Below the pieces are notes generated by a model that did no database searches, was not told the origin of the DNA, and was given only the letters and a program-made list of their open reading frames with translations. Shown one piece after another: positions 28,047-32,000 of a stretch of DNA of 32,000 bases; position 1 is the stretch's first letter; every line of letters starts with the position of its first letter. A program made the position numbers and the translations under genes. This DNA is from Candidatus Blochmanniella floridana (GTDB lineage Bacteria > Pseudomonadota > Gammaproteobacteria > Enterobacterales > Enterobacteriaceae). The DNA lies in NCBI GenBank assembly GCA_000043285.1, contig BX248583.1, forward strand, positions 480,001-512,000, given 5' to 3'.

Positions 28047-29552
28047 ATGCTATCAAATATAAAAAAACCCACATTTCTTATATACGATTATGAAACTTTC
28101 GGATTAAATCCAGCTTTAGATCGTCCAGCTCAATTTGCAAGTATTCGAGTAAATAATTCATTATGCCCTGTAGAAAAAAAAGAAGTTTTTTTTTGTCAAA
28201 TACCAAATGATTATCTTCCTAATCCAGAATCTGTACTTATAACTGGAATTACTCCATATGATACCTTATCTAATGGTTTACTAGAACCACAATTCGCATA
28301 TCAAATTTCACAAAAATTCAATGTACCCAATACATGTATACTAGGATATAATAATATTTCTTTCGATGATGAATTTAGTCGAAATATTTTTTACCGTAAT
28401 TTTTATGATCCTTATAAATGGTCATATCATCATGGAAATTCTAGATGGGATTTACTTCCTGTATTACGAGCGTTTTACTCACTATATCCTACAGGAATTC
28501 AATGGCCAATAAATTCAAAAAAAAAAGTTAGTTTCCGGTTGACAGATTTAACTCTTGCGAATTCTATACAACATCTAAATGCACATGACGCTACTTCTGA
28601 TATTTTTGCTACTTTAGAAATAATGAAATTAATAAAATATACTCAACCACAATTATTTCAATTTTTATATAATCATAGAACTAAAAATCAACTACAAAAA
28701 ATCATTAACCTAAATTCAATGAAACCTTTAATTCATATCTCTAATAAAATCAATAACAAATACAATAATTTTATACATTTTTTACTGCCCATCACGTTAC
28801 ATCCTAATAATCATAATGTTCTTATAACCTATAATTTATTAAATAAATTAGACATATTATGGAATTTAAATATAAACACTTTATATCAAAATATAAAAGA
28901 TAATCAACAATGTATCTATAATCTTTTAAAACAAATTCCATTACAATTAATCCGATTAAACTCATGTCCTATTTTTATTCCCATCACTGTACTACAAGAA
29001 AATAATAACATTTTTAAATATACTTCAGAATTACTTTCTGACTATCAAAACCATTTAAAAAACTTACATGAAATTAAACAAAAAATAAACTATACACATC
29101 TACAACAAAAAATAAAATCTTTTTATGTTATTATAGAATCATATTTAAATAAAATAAAAAACAAACTATCTACTCATGTAGATAATCAATTATATAATGG
29201 ATTTTTTCAGTACTCTGACTGTCGCATAATAAAACAAATTCGAAATATCACTGACGTACAAAAATTATCTACAATACACATTAATAGTAATAGTAATGAT
29301 AATCGTTTAAAGTCATTATTATTTTTTTATCGATCCCGCAACTTCCCACACACTTTAAATTCAGAAGAAAAAAAAATATGGACTACATATAAAAAAAATA
29401 TGTTATTAAACCAAGATAAATATAAAAATTATCTTCATCACATAAACTATTTATTATTTAATCAAAATAATATTAAAAAAATTAATCTTTTATCTTCATT
29501 AAAAAAATACTATACATACTTTTACAATATCATTATTAATGATAATATATAA
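28047..29552 (+). CDS. sbcB: Exodeoxyribonuclease I
   Basis: The DEDDh exonuclease motifs are present: YDYETFG..PALDRPAQFA.IR, CILGYNN..FDDEF.RNIFYRNFYDPY.WS and NAHDA.SD..AT. VDNQLYNGFF and the C-terminal-domain motif RNFP.TL are also present. The distal half is very Asn/Lys/Ile-rich but the reading frame is intact. Confidence 0.93.
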   Translation: MLSNIKKPTFLIYDYETFGLNPALDRPAQFASIRVNNSLCPVEKKEVFFCQIPNDYLPNPESVLITGITPYDTLSNGLLEPQFAYQISQKFNVPNTCILGYNNISFDDEFSRNIFYRNFYDPYKWSYHHGNSRWDLLPVLRAFYSLYPTGIQWPINSKKKVSFRLTDLTLANSIQHLNAHDATSDIFATLEIMKLIKYTQPQLFQFLYNHRTKNQLQKIINLNSMKPLIHISNKINNKYNNFIHFLLPITLHPNNHNVLITYNLLNKLDILWNLNINTLYQNIKDNQQCIYNLLKQIPLQLIRLNSCPIFIPITVLQENNNIFKYTSELLSDYQNHLKNLHEIKQKINYTHLQQKIKSFYVIIESYLNKIKNKLSTHVDNQLYNGFFQYSDCRIIKQIRNITDVQKLSTIHINSNSNDNRLKSLLFFYRSRNFPHTLNSEEKKIWTTYKKNMLLNQDKYKNYLHHINYLLFNQNNIKKINLLSSLKKYYTYFYNIIINDNI

Positions 29553-29859
29553 CCTCTATTATTTTTACATTAACAAACGTTATTCAATATGTTTTAATTT
29601 TTCTCAAAATAATCCTTAAATTTAATTGCATGTATAAATTATATACATAATATATAAAGTAACTAAATGATATTTAACCCTATACAAACTAAACTAGATT
29701 CGATAAAATGCTTAAATGGTAAATTTTGATTACAAATGTGCACCATATATTAAGTTGTAGTAATAATTTTTTCCGGTAATAATAATATCAAAATACTCCT
29801 ACTATAACATTACTAAAATATCTCATTGTAATGACATAGTTTACATAAGGTATAATATC

Positions 29860-30759
29860 ATGTTGGACAAATCACGCTTACGAATCGCAATGCAAAAATC
29901 AGGAAGGTTAAGCAAAGAATCCCAAAAACTACTTGAACAGTGTGGAATTAAAATCAATCTACAACAACAACAATTACTAGCATTTGCAGAAAATATGACC
30001 ATTGATATTATGAGAGTACGAGATGATGATATTCCAGGTTTAATTATGGATGGCGTAGTAGATTTAGGAATTATCGGAGAAAATGTATTAGAAGAAGCAT
30101 TATTAACTAGACAATCCCAGGGAGATAATCCTTGTTATGTTACATTACGCCGATTAGATTTTGGAGATTGTCGATTATCCATGGCTTTACCAATGGATAA
30201 ACCATGGAATGGACCAAAATGTCTTCAAGGAAAACGTATCGCTACCTCTTATCCACATTTGCTTAAGCAATATTTAGATAAATTAGGTATTAACTTTAAA
30301 TCATGTTTATTAAATGGTTCTGTAGAAGTAGCACCAAGAGCCGGATTAGCTGATGCAATCTGTGATCTTGTTTCAACTGGAGCCACTCTAGAAGCGAACG
30401 GATTACGTGAAGTAGAAGTAATTTATCGATCTAAAGCGTGCCTTATTCAACGATCAGGAAATTTATCCAAAACTAAACAATCTTTAATAGATAAATTAAT
30501 GATTCGAATACAAGGAGTTATTCAAGCTAGAGAATCTAAATATATTATGTTACATGCCCCTGCTGAACGATTAGAAGAAATTATTAATTTACTTCCTGGA
30601 GCAGAAAGCCCAACAGTATTACCATTAGCAGGTAATCAACACCGAGTAGCTATATATATGGTAAGTAACGAAGCATTATTTTGGGAAACTATGGAAAATT
30701 TAAAAAATCTTGGAGCTAGTTCTATTTTAGTTCTTCCGATAGAAAAAATGATGGAATAA
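29860..30759 (+). CDS. hisG: ATP phosphoribosyltransferase (long form)
   Basis: [121 protein letters not shown] and the terminal [13 protein letters not shown] are essentially identical to E. coli HisG. Confidence 0.97.
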   Translation: MLDKSRLRIAMQKSGRLSKESQKLLEQCGIKINLQQQQLLAFAENMTIDIMRVRDDDIPGLIMDGVVDLGIIGENVLEEALLTRQSQGDNPCYVTLRRLDFGDCRLSMALPMDKPWNGPKCLQGKRIATSYPHLLKQYLDKLGINFKSCLLNGSVEVAPRAGLADAICDLVSTGATLEANGLREVEVIYRSKACLIQRSGNLSKTKQSLIDKLMIRIQGVIQARESKYIMLHAPAERLEEIINLLPGAESPTVLPLAGNQHRVAIYMVSNEALFWETMENLKNLGASSILVLPIEKMME

Positions 30760-30763
30760 TATT

Positions 30764-32000
30764 ATGATTTCTACTCAATATCTTATACCTACTTATTGGC
30801 ATCGTTGTTCAATATCTGAACAATTAACTCTACTTACACGTCCAATAAATAAGCATAATAATAGCATACATTTAGATGTTAAATACATATTGGATCACGT
30901 TTCTAAATTAGGAGATAATGCCTTAATAAAATTTAATCTCCAATTTGATTACGTTAATACAATCTCTTTAAAAATTTCACCTAACAAAATTATAAATTCA
31001 GGAAATTCTCTATCTAAACCAATAAAAAAAGCAATACACTCTGCAATTGACAATATTACTAGATTTCACACAGCACAATATTTTCCAAAAGTAGATTTAG
31101 AAATTATACCCGGAGTCAGATGTAAACAAATTATTCGACCTCTGCATACCATCGGATTATATGTACCAGGTGGATCTACTCCATTACCCTCTACAGTAAT
31201 GATGTTAGGTATCCCTGCAAAAATAGCTCAATGTAAAAGAATCATATTATGCTCCCCTCCTCCTATTCCTAATATAATATTATATACCGCACAACTTTGT
31301 GGCATCGAAGAAATTTATCAAGTAGGAGGTGCTCAAGCTATTGCTGCTATGGGATTCGGTACAGAATCTATTCCAAGAGTTGATAAAATTTTTGGACCAG
31401 GTAATATTTGGGTTACAGAAGCTAAAAGACAAATTCATTATATAACTAATAAAGTGGCTATTGATATGTTAGCTGGTCCTTCTGAAATATTAATTATTGC
31501 AGATAAAACTGCTAATCCAATTTTTATTGCAGCTGACCTTTTATCGCAAGCAGAACACGGACCAGATTCGCATATCATACTTATAACTCCTGATATGAAC
31601 CTTGCACAACAAACACGACAAGAACTATACAAACAAATACAAAATCTTGATCGCATTGATATAATACATCAATCATTAACACATGCTCGTATAATCATTA
31701 CTGATAATATCATGGAATGTTTTCAAATCAGCAATGATTATGCTCCAGAACATTTACTTATACAAACTCAAAACCCTGAAAATTATTTAAAATATATCAC
31801 CAATGCGGGATCAATATTTTTAGGACATTGGTCTCCAGAATCAGCTGGAGATTATGCAAGTGGAACTAACCATGTATTACCTACATATGGCCATGCAACT
31901 ACCACTTCCGCTTTAGGAGTTGCAGATTTTCAAAAACGAATTTTAGTACAAGAATTAACTCAACATGGATTATTACAATTATCTTCAACAATTCAAACAC
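30764..32000 (+). CDS. hisD: Histidinol dehydrogenase (partial; the 3' end lies beyond the window)
   Basis: This gene is not in the supplied ORF track because it has no stop codon in the window. I translated it by hand from ATG 30764, which is 4 nt after the hisG stop, and found no stop through position 32000. PGVRC.Q..RP....GLY.PGGS.PL.STV.ML, CSPPPI, VGGAQAIAA..FGTES.P.VDKIFGPGN..VTEAKRQ, LLSQAEHGPDS and SPESAGDYASGTNHVLPTYG match E. coli HisD. Confidence 0.95.
   Translation, partial: MISTQYLIPTYWHRCSISEQLTLLTRPINKHNNSIHLDVKYILDHVSKLGDNALIKFNLQFDYVNTISLKISPNKIINSGNSLSKPIKKAIHSAIDNITRFHTAQYFPKVDLEIIPGVRCKQIIRPLHTIGLYVPGGSTPLPSTVMMLGIPAKIAQCKRIILCSPPPIPNIILYTAQLCGIEEIYQVGGAQAIAAMGFGTESIPRVDKIFGPGNIWVTEAKRQIHYITNKVAIDMLAGPSEILIIADKTANPIFIAADLLSQAEHGPDSHIILITPDMNLAQQTRQELYKQIQNLDRIDIIHQSLTHARIIITDNIMECFQISNDYAPEHLLIQTQNPENYLKYITNAGSIFLGHWSPESAGDYASGTNHVLPTYGHATTTSALGVADFQKRILVQELTQHGLLQLSSTIQT

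Noticed and set aside
31438-31656. 72-aa Cys/Ser-rich ORF on the minus strand
   Set aside because: It lies antisense to hisD across the conserved QAEHGPDS region. hisD is absent from the track only because it has no stop codon inside the window.

Overview
By eye this window is very AT-rich (about 25-30% G+C). It is a gene-dense piece of the chromosome of a reduced-genome gammaproteobacterium in the Enterobacterales. Gene content, extreme AT bias and Asn/Lys/Ile-enriched proteins fit an insect endosymbiont. A Blochmannia-like organism is my best guess, but that is inference and I cannot confirm it without a search.

I can support 24 protein-coding genes: gapA, dsbB, minCDE, tsaB, pabB, yoaE, manXYZ, cspC, zwf, pykA, mepM, aspS, argS, murJ, mdtH, a gutQ-type arabinose-5-phosphate isomerase, yeeX, sbcB, hisG and a 3'-truncated hisD. 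hisD is missing from the ORF track because it runs off the window. There are also three tRNAs: Ser-GGA, Ser-CGA and Asn-GUU. All other track ORFs lie inside or antisense to these genes and look spurious.

I looked for a novel multi-gene system, mobile elements, CRISPR arrays, defence or toxin genes and unexplained long ORFs, and found none. This is ordinary housekeeping core genome.

The observations worth a second look are structural:
- a 54-bp perfect palindrome made from the last codons of manZ
- a 20-bp-arm hairpin downstream of gapA
- an 870-bp ORF-free gap between cspC and zwf
- 9-10 nt homopolymer tracts inside intact genes
- no histidine leader upstream of hisG
- an Asn-rich replacement of the ManX interdomain linker
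- a tRNA-Ser with an apparent U73 discriminator
- retention of the uncharacterised yeeX and yoaE
- a gutQ-type rather than kdsD-type isomerase

All comparisons to E. coli K-12 proteins and gene order are from memory, not from a search.
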